Source: Halobacteriales archaeon QS_9_67_17
GTDB taxonomy: Archaea > Halobacteriota > Halobacteria > Halobacteriales > Haloarculaceae
Length of the DNA: 60,744 nt
NCBI GenBank assembly: GCA_003023185.1
Contig: PXSB01000050.1
Location: 1 to 60,744 of the forward strand
Direction of reading: 5' to 3'
Part shown: positions 1 through 8,278 of the stretch, piece by piece
Layout of the letters: the number at the start of each line of letters is the position of its first letter
Numbering within the stretch: the first letter of the stretch is position 1
Position numbers and translations under genes: made by a program
The notes under the pieces: model-generated
The model's database searches: none
Seen by the model: the letters and a program-made list of their open reading frames with translations, nothing else
Told to the model about the DNA's origin: nothing

Positions 1-394
1 CTCCGGGCGTCGTCCTCCGGTCGGCGACTCGTAATGCGACGGCTCGCCCACCGCCGACAGCTAAGAAGCCGGCGGCGTAGCTGGCGAGGACGTACCCCGC
101 GCCGACGAGCGGCGCGGCCAGCGCCGTCTGGAGCGCGAACGTGCTGTACGTGGTGAACGACGAGAGGAAGCCGGCGGCGAACACCAGCCGCGACCGCTCC
201 CCGAGCGACCCCGCGAACTGCTGTTCGTACACGAGGAAGCCGAGCAGGAAACAGCCGGCGACGTTGGCGGCGAACGTGCCGGACATCCCCGCGACGACGC
301 GGCCGACGAGATACCGTGCGTTCGCGCCGAGGAAGCCACCGACGGCGACGAGCGCGACGGGTTCGAGCGTGCTCAACAGCTGTTGCCGGCGCAT
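1..394 (-). CDS. crcB: Fluoride efflux channel CrcB/Fluc (3' end runs off the window)
   Basis: Manual translation from ATG at 394 gives ...VAVGGFLGANARY...TFAANVAGCFLLG...GFLSSFTTYSTF, which are Fluc signature motifs. Absent from the ORF track because it has no stop inside the window. Confidence 0.9.
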   Translation of the reverse strand, partial: MRRQQLLSTLEPVALVAVGGFLGANARYLVGRVVAGMSGTFAANVAGCFLLGFLVYEQQFAGSLGERSRLVFAAGFLSSFTTYSTFALQTALAAPLVGAGYVLASYAAGFLAVGGGRAVALRVADRRTTPG

Positions 395-471
395 GGTGGG
401 GAGCGCGAGGGTCTGTCGAACCGTCCGCCCGAGCGTGGCTTAACGGCACCGGTGGACGGACCTCCGGGCAG

Positions 472-1278
472 TCACGCGTCGGTCTCGACCCGAACCGAGT
501 CGCCGATGGCGACCCTGTCGCCGTAACCCGCCGCCGGCACGCGTGTGATGAGCATGACGGTGAAGTAGTGGTCGAAGGCGTCGGTCGGTGCCCACGCCGG
601 CAGGGTCGCCTCACGCCGCTCCGCGAACCGCTGGCGGAACCGCTCGATCGGCTCGCCGGTGTCGGGGTCACGGGAGGGAACGACACAGCGGGCACAGGCG
701 CGGGCACCCTCGAAGCGGGTGCCGCCAACGGTGAAGCCGCCGGGGTCGTCACCGAGGAAACGGTCCTCCCAGAACGGCGGGACGCCGCCGATTTCGACGT
801 TCGGGCGGAGGCGGCGACGCGCCCCGGCGACGGTCATCTCGTCGAACCACGAGGCCACCTCCTCCAGCGTGCCGGTGCTGATGACCGACGGCCCGAGGTC
901 CGCGCGGTCGACGAATCCCGGCGGATCGCGGTGGCGCAGTGTGACCTGCTCGCCGGCGAAGTCGCTGAACCACGCGCTCGCGGCGTCGCGGTCGGTCGTC
1001 AGGTCGAAGGTGTGGGTCGCGTCGTCCGTCCGGAGCGTGAGTTCGTCGGTCGCGGGGTCGAACGCCGACGCGACGGCGTGGGTGTCGTCGATCTCCTTCG
1101 CGTTGAACGTCTCGCCGACAGTGTCGAACTCGTCGCGCTCCGGGTCGGCGTCCGGGTCGACCAGCGCGTACGCCCGGTCGTGCCGGAACGTCCCCGCGTC
1201 GGTGATCTCCACTTCATCGACCGCCGCCCGGTCAAGACCCTTCACCGGATACACCCAGAGATTCTCCACGTGCGGCAT
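472..1278 (-). CDS. MOSC domain-containing protein
   Basis: N-terminal LWVYPVKG, HDRAYAL, RRLRPNV and CARCVVP motifs; acidic composition; likely start MPHVE at 1278. Confidence 0.85.
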   Translation of the reverse strand: MPHVENLWVYPVKGLDRAAVDEVEITDAGTFRHDRAYALVDPDADPERDEFDTVGETFNAKEIDDTHAVASAFDPATDELTLRTDDATHTFDLTTDRDAASAWFSDFAGEQVTLRHRDPPGFVDRADLGPSVISTGTLEEVASWFDEMTVAGARRRLRPNVEIGGVPPFWEDRFLGDDPGGFTVGGTRFEGARACARCVVPSRDPDTGEPIERFRQRFAERREATLPAWAPTDAFDHYFTVMLITRVPAAGYGDRVAIGDSVRVETDA

Positions 1279-1798
1279 CGACCGAAACTGGCGGGCCGGC
1301 GAATAAAGCCTTGCGCGGTTCACGGGCATAGATCCGATTACTTTCCGCCTCGGGCCTGCGGTTCGCTCGCTGTGTAGGTCGGGCTGCTGTCGGACTCTCG
1401 GTCGCTCGGCCGGTGGTGTGTCACGCCGCTTGCGCGTCGGTTTATGTGAAAAGCGACCAGACTAGCAAGCATAGCGAGCAGAACATGACCAATAAAGGAA
1501 CACTGTCACGATAGTATCGGCTTGATTCTGGAGCCCATTCCTTGCAAGTGAGTGAGGCAACCAGCGTACATGCTGCGATTACCCGGCTCAGCGGTATCCC
1601 GGGAGGAGGAACGTTCATACAACAGATTGTGTTCAGAGAATGTTGTTCTTTTGTGCTAATGTTCGCAGTGTTACTTGATTACTGCGAGCTTGCGGTTGCC
1701 ACGTCGCTCCCCCGGGTCGAAGGGCCGTCCGAGCGCAGTCCCGAGTAACTAGCGGCCGATGAGGAAGCAGTCACAGGCGGTACTGCCGTTGGTCCGTA

Positions 1799-1806
1799 GT
1801 TTTATA
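1799..1806 (+). promoter_or_regulatory. Putative TATA box of a leaderless gene at 1832
   Basis: AT-rich TTTTATA-like element about 26-30 nt upstream of GTG 1832, the typical haloarchaeal leaderless spacing. Confidence 0.5.
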
Positions 1807-1831
1807 TCCAGTAGCGAGACACGAAACGAAC

Positions 1832-2350
1832 GTGGGACGGGACCGAGCCCAACTCGTGCTCGCGGTGGCAGCCGTGATAGCCGCGGCACTCGCGCCGGCG
1901 CTGCTGGCGTATCTCCAGTTGGGGTACCACGCCGACGTGGACGCCGCCAGCGACTTCGAGGATCCGGCGACGAACGCCCGGACCGTGCTCGACCGAGCGA
2001 CGTTCGAGGCGGCCAGCAACATCGCCGGCGAGTACGCGTGGTCGGCCCGGACTGCCGCGGCCGACCAGAGTCGGGCGGTGCTCCGGCCCCGGGTCGACCG
2101 ACTCGAAGCCGAACGGGTCGCAGAGGGCACCGCGGTCTTGGTCACGTACAACGCGACGGCGGCGAGCACGTGGGCGCAAACGGCCTGTTCCGGCGGTCCC
2201 GGACGGCAGTTCGGCCCGTGCGTGGCGGACGGCGGCGTCGTCCTACAGGAGCGGGCCGGCGAGGCGACGCTCGTCGCCGTCGCGTTCGACGTGCGGGTCG
2301 TCCGCGAGCAGGGCGAGACGGCGTTCACCCTCGTCGCCCGCCCGACCTGA
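1832..2350 (+). CDS. Haloarchaeal hypothetical protein with a class III (pilin-like) signal peptide
   Basis: DRAQ followed by a hydrophobic stretch (LVLAVAAVIA), then an acidic domain with a Cys pair. Confidence 0.7.
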   Translation: MGRDRAQLVLAVAAVIAAALAPALLAYLQLGYHADVDAASDFEDPATNARTVLDRATFEAASNIAGEYAWSARTAAADQSRAVLRPRVDRLEAERVAEGTAVLVTYNATAASTWAQTACSGGPGRQFGPCVADGGVVLQERAGEATLVAVAFDVRVVREQGETAFTLVARPT

Positions 2351-2396
2351 ACTCGGGCGCGAAAAATACTACCGCTCTGCCACGCAATGTGGTACC

Positions 2397-2939
2397 ATGG
2401 CTGAAGCCGAGGCGAGCGTGGACACGGAGACGGATAGTTCGCGGGCGGACGAGACGCCGATCCGCGAACTCGTAGAAGACGGGCTGGTCGGGGCGCTCGG
2501 CGGTCTCATCGGCGTCGGCCCGCTGACGATCATCTTCATGCTGCTCTCGCAGGTCGGCGCGTTCAGCCTGACCGAGTTCCGCACGCTCAGCGACGTGTTC
2601 CGGCTGGTGGTCGACTTCTCCCCGGCGACGGCGCAGGTGCTCGGCTACGTCGTCTTCGCGCTGGGCGCGATGGTGACGTGGCCGCTGGTGTTGGCGTCTA
2701 TCGGGACGTTCTTTCCCGGCGAGCGGTACGCGGTCCGCGGGCTGTTCCTCGGGGCGGCCATCTGGACCGGCTTCTCGATGGCGTGGTACGACGGCTTCGC
2801 CGGCGCTCGCCTCCTCCTGTATCTCGTCGCCACGTTCGGCGGCCACCTGCTGTACGGCTATCTGCTGGGCGCGACCTTCGACAAACTGTTCGCGGGCGAC
2901 CGACCACATCTCGCGCCCGGCGACGAACAGGTAGTCTGA
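2397..2939 (+). CDS. Four-TM membrane protein (DUF6789-like)
   Basis: Four hydrophobic helices; WPLVLAS and HLLYGYLLG motifs. Confidence 0.7.
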   Translation: MAEAEASVDTETDSSRADETPIRELVEDGLVGALGGLIGVGPLTIIFMLLSQVGAFSLTEFRTLSDVFRLVVDFSPATAQVLGYVVFALGAMVTWPLVLASIGTFFPGERYAVRGLFLGAAIWTGFSMAWYDGFAGARLLLYLVATFGGHLLYGYLLGATFDKLFAGDRPHLAPGDEQVV

Positions 2940-3200
2940 CCTCCTCTCACGCTTGAGGGGTGGGATTCTCCGAAGGAGAATTCAAGATTACGCGGGTCTT
3001 CGGCGGCAGTATTCAGATAAGAGTGACTCTGGAGGCTGGGCGGACAACGAGGTGTAGAAAGCCCCCGGTCGCTCGCCCGGCCCCTTTCAGTCCCGCCCAG
3101 CACGGCTGCTTGGCCGAGCGACGACCCGCTTATTTGAATACCGCCGTCCTCGGCCTCCCACGATGTCGGCTTCATCCGTGAGCTTTCGTCTCGAATAGCT
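2936..3200 (-). mobile_element. IS200/IS605 (IS1341/tnpB-type) right-end remnant interrupted by a MITE
   Basis: Minus strand ends GAATCCCACCCCTCAAGCGTGAGAGGAGGTCA, resembling haloarchaeal IS1341 right ends (GAATCCCAC...GGAGGATGTCAA-like hairpin). No tnpB ORF is present. Confidence 0.5.
3005..3145 (+). mobile_element. MITE copy 1 (short internal core)
   Basis: TIRs GGCAGTATTCAGATAAG / CTTATTTGAATACCGCC; flanks GTCTTCGGC / GTCCTCGGC (9-bp TSD, one mismatch); core GAAAGCCCCCGG...CCGGCCCCTTTCAGTCCC. Confidence 0.85.
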
Positions 3201-3268
3201 GTAATGCGCACCCGACTGTCGTGCCGCTGGAGACAGGTTCATACAGGCCACCGTCGGAGACACCGGCA

Positions 3269-4459
3269 GTGACTGACCCTCCACGGAGCCGGGCGAGCGT
3301 CGCCGCGCTCGTCGCGGGCGGCAGTCTCATCTCGGCGGGACTGGGTGCGTACGAGATCGCGCCGGCGAGCGTGACGCCGCTCGTCCGCGAGACGCTGGGC
3401 GTGACCGCGTCGGCCGCCGGCCTCATCGTGAGCGTCATGTTCGGGACGGCCGTCGTCGCGAGCCTCCCGGTCGGGGTCGTCCTCGACCGGGTCGACTCCC
3501 GGCGGGCAGTCGCCGTCGCCGTCGTAGGCGTCCTGCTCGCGGGCGTGTGGGGCTTGCTCGCCGGCCGAGCGAGTGCGTACCGGTCGCTGGTCGCCTCACG
3601 CGTGCTCGGCGGCATCGCGTACGTCGTCGTCTGGAACGCCGGCATCGATATCGTGAGCGAGGCCGTCCCCGCGGACAGCCGGGCGACCGTGGTGGGATGT
3701 TTCACCGCGAGTGGGCCGGTCGGCTTCGCAATCGGGCAGGCGACCGGACCGCAGGTCGCGGCGTGGTTCGGCTGGCCCGCCGTGCTCGTCGCATACACCG
3801 GGCTCGCGGTGGTCGGGCTGGCGCTGTTCTGGCCGGCCAGCCGCGGGCTGGGTGGCGTGGGCGGCGGGACGCCCTCACTCGCGGCGTTCGGCGGCGTGCT
3901 CCGGAACCGCCGCGTCTGGCTCGTCGGGAGTCTGGGCTTTCTGGCGTACGCGCTGTATCTGTTCGTCAACAGCTGGGGACCGACCTACCTCACGGAGTCC
4001 GTCGGCCTCTCGCTCGCCACGAGCGGGGCGCTCGTGGCGCTGTTCCCCGCCGTCGGCGTCGTCTCGCGGATCAGCGGCGGGGCGCTCTCGGACCGGCTGT
4101 TCGGCGGCCGTCGCCGCCCGGTCGTGTTCGGCTCCTTCGTCGCCGCCGTGCCGCTGACCGTCGCGCTGGCGCAGGCAGAGACCATCGCCGTGCTCGTGGC
4201 CGCGCTCCTCCTGTCGGGACTCGCCATCCAGCTCACGCTGGGGCTGGCGTTCGCGTACGTCCGCGAGCTGGTCGAACCGGAGGTCGCCGCGACCGCCGTC
4301 GCCTTCCAGACCGCCGTCGGCCTCGCGGGTGCGTTCATCGCGCCCATCGCCGGCGGCGCACTCATCGAGACGGCGGGCTATCGGCCGGCGTTTCTCGGGG
4401 TCGCGGGCGTCGCCGCCTGTGGCGCACTGCTCGCGTGGCGAGCACCGGAGCCGCCCTGA
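3269..4459 (+). CDS. MFS transporter
   Basis: About 12 TM helices; MFS motif A GVVLDRVDSRR and GALSDRLFGGRRR. Confidence 0.9.
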   Translation: MTDPPRSRASVAALVAGGSLISAGLGAYEIAPASVTPLVRETLGVTASAAGLIVSVMFGTAVVASLPVGVVLDRVDSRRAVAVAVVGVLLAGVWGLLAGRASAYRSLVASRVLGGIAYVVVWNAGIDIVSEAVPADSRATVVGCFTASGPVGFAIGQATGPQVAAWFGWPAVLVAYTGLAVVGLALFWPASRGLGGVGGGTPSLAAFGGVLRNRRVWLVGSLGFLAYALYLFVNSWGPTYLTESVGLSLATSGALVALFPAVGVVSRISGGALSDRLFGGRRRPVVFGSFVAAVPLTVALAQAETIAVLVAALLLSGLAIQLTLGLAFAYVRELVEPEVAATAVAFQTAVGLAGAFIAPIAGGALIETAGYRPAFLGVAGVAACGALLAWRAPEPP

Positions 4460-4526
4460 GCCGCTACTGTGCGGCTGGCGGGGCAAGCCGCCGCACGCTT
4501 TTCCGCGTGTTCGCCTATTCTTGGCC

Positions 4527-5933
4527 ATGAAGCCATTCGTCGTCGCCGGCGGTGACGCCGCCGGGCTGAGTGCCGCGAGCAAGTGCAAGCGAGCGGCCCC
4601 CGACCGCGAGGTGATCGTCTTCGAGAAGGGCGAGTGGGTGAGCTACGCCCACTGCGGAACCCCGTACTACGTGAAGGGTGAAGTGGACGGGCTGACGGAT
4701 CTCGTGTCGCTGTCGCCGGCCGACGTTGCAGAGCGGGGTATCGATCTCCGGCGCGGCCACGAGGTGACCGACGTGACCGAGGGGTCCGTCACCGTCGTCG
4801 GCCCGGACGGCGAGTTCGAACAGCCGTACGGCGACCTCCTGCTCGCTACCGGTGCCCACGCCGTACAGGGGCCGTTCGACGGCCTCGACCGGCGGGGCGC
4901 GTTCACCCTCCACGGGTTGCCGGACGCCGCCGCGATGCGGGCGTTCGTCGATCCTGATTTCGACCCCGCGACGGCCGACATCGGCCCGATGGACCCCGAA
5001 CGACTCCGTCCGCTGGCGGACGCGCCGGTGCCCGAGACTGCGGCCATCGTCGGCGGCGGCTACGTCGGCGTCGAACTGGCCGAGGCGCTCTCGGCGCGGG
5101 GCATCGAGGTCCATCTGTTCCAGCGGAACGAGCAGCTGCTTCCGCCGTTCGGGGCGGCCATCGGTGACGCCGTCCGCGCGGAACTGAACTCGGAGGGCGT
5201 CGTCGTCCACACGGATACCGCCGTCGACAGCATCGCCGGCGGCGACCGAGTCGAACGAGTCGAACACGCGGACGGCACCCTTGACGCTGAGATGGCAGTC
5301 GTGGGCGTCGGTATCCGACCGAACACCGGGCTCGCCGAGGACGCCGGAGCGACGCTCGGCGACTCGGGGGCGGTCGCGGTCGACCGGTACGGACGAACGG
5401 ATGTCGAGGGCGTGTACGCGGCCGGCGACTGTGCTGAGGCACGCCACACCGTCACGGGCGAACCGACGTGGGTGCCGCTCGGTCTCACCGCGAACCGGGC
5501 CGGCCGTGCCATCGGCGCGACTGTCGGCGGCGAGCCAACGCCGGTGGGCGACGTTGCGGGCACCGCCGTCGTGAAGGCGTTTGAGGTGAGCGCGGGACGA
5601 GCAGGATTCGTCGGCGACGAGTCGGCCCGCGCGGCCGGCTTCGAACCCGTCACGGAGACGATCACCGCCGGCTCGCGGTCGGGCTACTATCCGGGGGCCG
5701 CAGAGACGACCGTCACCCTCACCGCCGACTGCGGGACGGGTCGCGTCCTCGGCGGGAGCGTCGTGGGCACCGACCGCGCGGCAAAGCGCATCGACACCCT
5801 CGCCACGGCGCTGGATGCCGGCCACACCGTCGCGGAACTCGAACGGCTGGATCTGGCGTACGCGCCGCCGTTCTCGCCCGTCTGGGACCCCATCCTCGTC
5901 GCCGCGAAGGTGCTGGCGGGCCGGCTGGAGTGA
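4527..5933 (+). CDS. CoA-disulfide reductase / NADH oxidase family flavoprotein
   Basis: GGDAAGLSAA, SYAHCG (single redox Cys), GGGYVG, YAAGD and DLAYAPPFSPVWDP motifs. Confidence 0.9.
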   Translation: MKPFVVAGGDAAGLSAASKCKRAAPDREVIVFEKGEWVSYAHCGTPYYVKGEVDGLTDLVSLSPADVAERGIDLRRGHEVTDVTEGSVTVVGPDGEFEQPYGDLLLATGAHAVQGPFDGLDRRGAFTLHGLPDAAAMRAFVDPDFDPATADIGPMDPERLRPLADAPVPETAAIVGGGYVGVELAEALSARGIEVHLFQRNEQLLPPFGAAIGDAVRAELNSEGVVVHTDTAVDSIAGGDRVERVEHADGTLDAEMAVVGVGIRPNTGLAEDAGATLGDSGAVAVDRYGRTDVEGVYAAGDCAEARHTVTGEPTWVPLGLTANRAGRAIGATVGGEPTPVGDVAGTAVVKAFEVSAGRAGFVGDESARAAGFEPVTETITAGSRSGYYPGAAETTVTLTADCGTGRVLGGSVVGTDRAAKRIDTLATALDAGHTVAELERLDLAYAPPFSPVWDPILVAAKVLAGRLE

Positions 5934-5974
5934 CCGCCACAAGCAATTTATTCCGGTGGTGAGTGGCGGAGCAC

Positions 5975-6178
5975 ATGGTTCTCGTTCCGCTACAGGGAGA
6001 CGCCGCGTTCGGCCTGCTGTTCGGTCTGCTCACCCTCCTCGTCCTCGTCGCGGCCGTCTACTGGACGTACACGGACGCCAAGACGAACAGCGACCAGCCG
6101 GCGTGGCTGTGGGCAATTGTCGTCGTCCTCGCGCCGCTGCTCGGCATCCTGCTGTACGTCCTGCTCGGTCGAAACTGA
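5975..6178 (+). CDS. Small two-TM protein (PLDc N-terminal-like)
   Basis: YWTYTDA...WAIVVVLAPLLGILLYVLLGR pattern. Confidence 0.75.
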   Translation: MVLVPLQGDAAFGLLFGLLTLLVLVAAVYWTYTDAKTNSDQPAWLWAIVVVLAPLLGILLYVLLGRN

Positions 6179-6187
6179 TTCGGCGCT
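6153..6187 (+). repeat. Left direct repeat (3' end of the small membrane gene)
   Basis: TGTACGTCCTGCTCGGTCGAAACTGATTCGGCGCT, recurring imperfectly at 7952-7985. Confidence 0.75.
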
Positions 6188-6332
6188 CCACGTCCATGGA
6201 ACCTCGGTTGAACGTTGCCCTCTACGGTTAGCACAGTTGGAGCGGGACGGTCGATTCTCAGCGAAACGCGAGTACGATCCGTTCGTGCCGTTTGCCTCGC
6301 CGATGGGCAGCCTCCCCGCGCGGACGCGGGGG

Positions 6333-6668
6333 CTACCGGACGCCGAGGTAGTCGGCGGCCGCTTGAGCAATTTCCTCGGTCGTCGCGTCGACGAGGCGGG
6401 CTTCTTTCGTCTGGATGTCCGCGTGGCGGATCGAAACCACCGTCCAAGGGTTCACGTAGCTGTCCCTCGGGAGACCACCCGACCTGAAATCGTCGTCCGT
6501 GAGCGGGACAGCGACGGCGCGACGGGTCGTCGTAACCGCCGCGTAGAGCGCTTCCTCGTCACTAAACGGGTGAGTATCGTCGCTCAGGTACACGTACGGG
6601 CGGTAATCGTGGTCCGCGAAAAGGTCGGGGCCTTTCGCGACCGTGCCGCGCTCGTAGCCCGCGCTCAT
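6333..6668 (-). CDS. PemK/MazF-like toxin
   Basis: YERGTV...RPYVYLS...AVTT...GGLPRDSYVNPW pattern of haloarchaeal PemK-like proteins; ATGA overlap with the upstream HTH gene. Confidence 0.7.
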   Translation of the reverse strand: MSAGYERGTVAKGPDLFADHDYRPYVYLSDDTHPFSDEEALYAAVTTTRRAVAVPLTDDDFRSGGLPRDSYVNPWTVVSIRHADIQTKEARLVDATTEEIAQAAADYLGVR

Positions 6669-6985
6669 TCCTCGTCGCCGTAGTAGTCGTCCGTCGTGGA
6701 GGCGGAGTCGGCGTTCGCCTGCGCCGCGTACGAGGCCAGACGGTCGTCCTCGGCGACGGCCCAATGCCGCCCGCGGTGGCGGACGAGACCGCGGTCCTCC
6801 AGCCGCGACAGCACAGCGCCAACGCTTCCGCGCTTGATACTCGTCGCTTCGTGAATCTCCGTCTGCGTGAACGCCTGCTCGCTGTTCTTCGCGAGGAACT
6901 GGAGGATACGGTACGGCTGTGTCCCCTCCTGAAGATCGAGAACGTCGGCAGGTTCCTCGTCGAAGCGGTCGATGCTGATAGGCAC
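6665..6985 (-). CDS. Winged-HTH (MarR-like) putative antitoxin
   Basis: ILQFLAKNSEQAFTQTEI...GSVGAVLSRLEDRGLVRHRG wHTH with acidic tail; directly upstream of the toxin. Confidence 0.75.
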   Translation of the reverse strand: MPISIDRFDEEPADVLDLQEGTQPYRILQFLAKNSEQAFTQTEIHEATSIKRGSVGAVLSRLEDRGLVRHRGRHWAVAEDDRLASYAAQANADSASTTDDYYGDEE

Positions 6986-7147
6986 GCGTAATAGAACGTA
7001 ATAGTCTGAAATAAGCATTTGGGGAGGCTACGCAAGTGACATCTTTCGTGCTGTTTACGGCGTGTCATTTCTTGCCACGACGCGATCTCGTCGTGGCTCG
7101 GAAAAGTATCACACAACAGTTACGACTCGCTACCAGAGACGATAGAC

Positions 7148-7894
7148 ATGGACAGCGACCGATTGCAGGCAGAGTTCATGAACACCGTTTACGAATCTGC
7201 CTCCCGCGATGACGTGACCTATTATCTCGCCCGCGCTACGACGGCTGAAGGGCCGGTCCTTGAGTTGGGTTGTGGTGCCGGGCGAATCTATCTCGAACTA
7301 CTCAAAGCGGGTGTCGGTGCTGACGGCATCGATCTTTCGGCGGACTCGCTGGCCGTCCTCCGGGAGAAAGCTGAACAAGGGGGACTCGACCCGAACGTCT
7401 GGCAGGCAGATATGACTGATTTTAGTGCCGACAGGGAGTATGCACTCGTCACGTGTCCTTTCAACGCCATTCAAGAGTTAACGACGATTGAACAGCAGCA
7501 GGCGCTCTTCGAATCGGTATACGACGTGCTGGCTCCCGGCGGAATCTTTGTTTTCGACACGTTTGTTCCGGACTTCGAGTATATCGGCGAAAAGTGGGGC
7601 GAGTGGCAACAGCGGACAGTCGAGTTTCGTGGCGAACCCATCGAGTTCCACACCTGCTCGCGCATCGTCGATGAAGTAACTCAAAACTACGTTTCGGAAA
7701 AGAAAGCTATCACACAAGACGGCGAGCAGTTGTTTGCCTTTCAGGGCCGAGCGACGCTACTGCCGTACCGCGAACTCGAGTTACTCGCGCGCCTGTCGCC
7801 GTTCGAGTCTTGGGAAGTGACCGGCGACCACACCGACGAGCGTCTAACGGACGACCACTCGGCACAGGTATGGACACTCGAAAAGGCGGGGTGA
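7148..7894 (+). CDS. Class I SAM-dependent methyltransferase
   Basis: VLELGCGAGR motif I, GIDLS, QADMTDF, LAPGGIFVFD; visibly AT-richer codon usage than the flanks. Confidence 0.9.
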   Translation: MDSDRLQAEFMNTVYESASRDDVTYYLARATTAEGPVLELGCGAGRIYLELLKAGVGADGIDLSADSLAVLREKAEQGGLDPNVWQADMTDFSADREYALVTCPFNAIQELTTIEQQQALFESVYDVLAPGGIFVFDTFVPDFEYIGEKWGEWQQRTVEFRGEPIEFHTCSRIVDEVTQNYVSEKKAITQDGEQLFAFQGRATLLPYRELELLARLSPFESWEVTGDHTDERLTDDHSAQVWTLEKAG

Positions 7895-7951
7895 GACCAG
7901 TGCTCGTATCTGATGTATTGGCTCGGATATTCGGAGGCCGTAGTCCCATGT

Positions 7952-7985
7952 TGTGCATCCTGCTCGGACGGACTGATTCGGCGCT
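7952..7985 (+). repeat. Right direct repeat (degenerate copy of 6153-6187)
   Basis: TGTGCATCCTGCTCGGACGGACTGATTCGGCGCT; the last 14 bp are identical to the left copy. Confidence 0.75.
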
Positions 7986-8278
7986 AAGCACTTCCGTTCG
8001 GCACACCTACTATGACCCGATGGGTTGCAAGCTACTCAACGTCGAGAAGGGCGCCACCTCCGTCGGCGCGAGTATCGGTGCACGACTCGGAGCGAAGACC
8101 GGACATCGCCGACGAACTGACGCCTTCGTGTCCTTCGGGGGCAAAACTCATGCCGGACGGCGGCCGCGTCGAGCCAACGGACACGGAAGAGGCCGGCGCG
8201 ATCGCGAACGAGGACAGACCGCGACGCGTCGAGATTCCGGTAACTGAGGCGTAATCGCTCTCTTTCCGAGCCGACCAC

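Noticed and set aside
395-471. Fluoride riboswitch upstream of crcB
   Set aside because: Only a generic CCGTCC/GGACGG hairpin is present; I could not find the GAUGG...CUGAUG consensus.
8012-8254. 80-aa ORF containing a PDGG motif
   Set aside because: The N-terminal half is not host-like and has no recognisable domain; at most a gene remnant.
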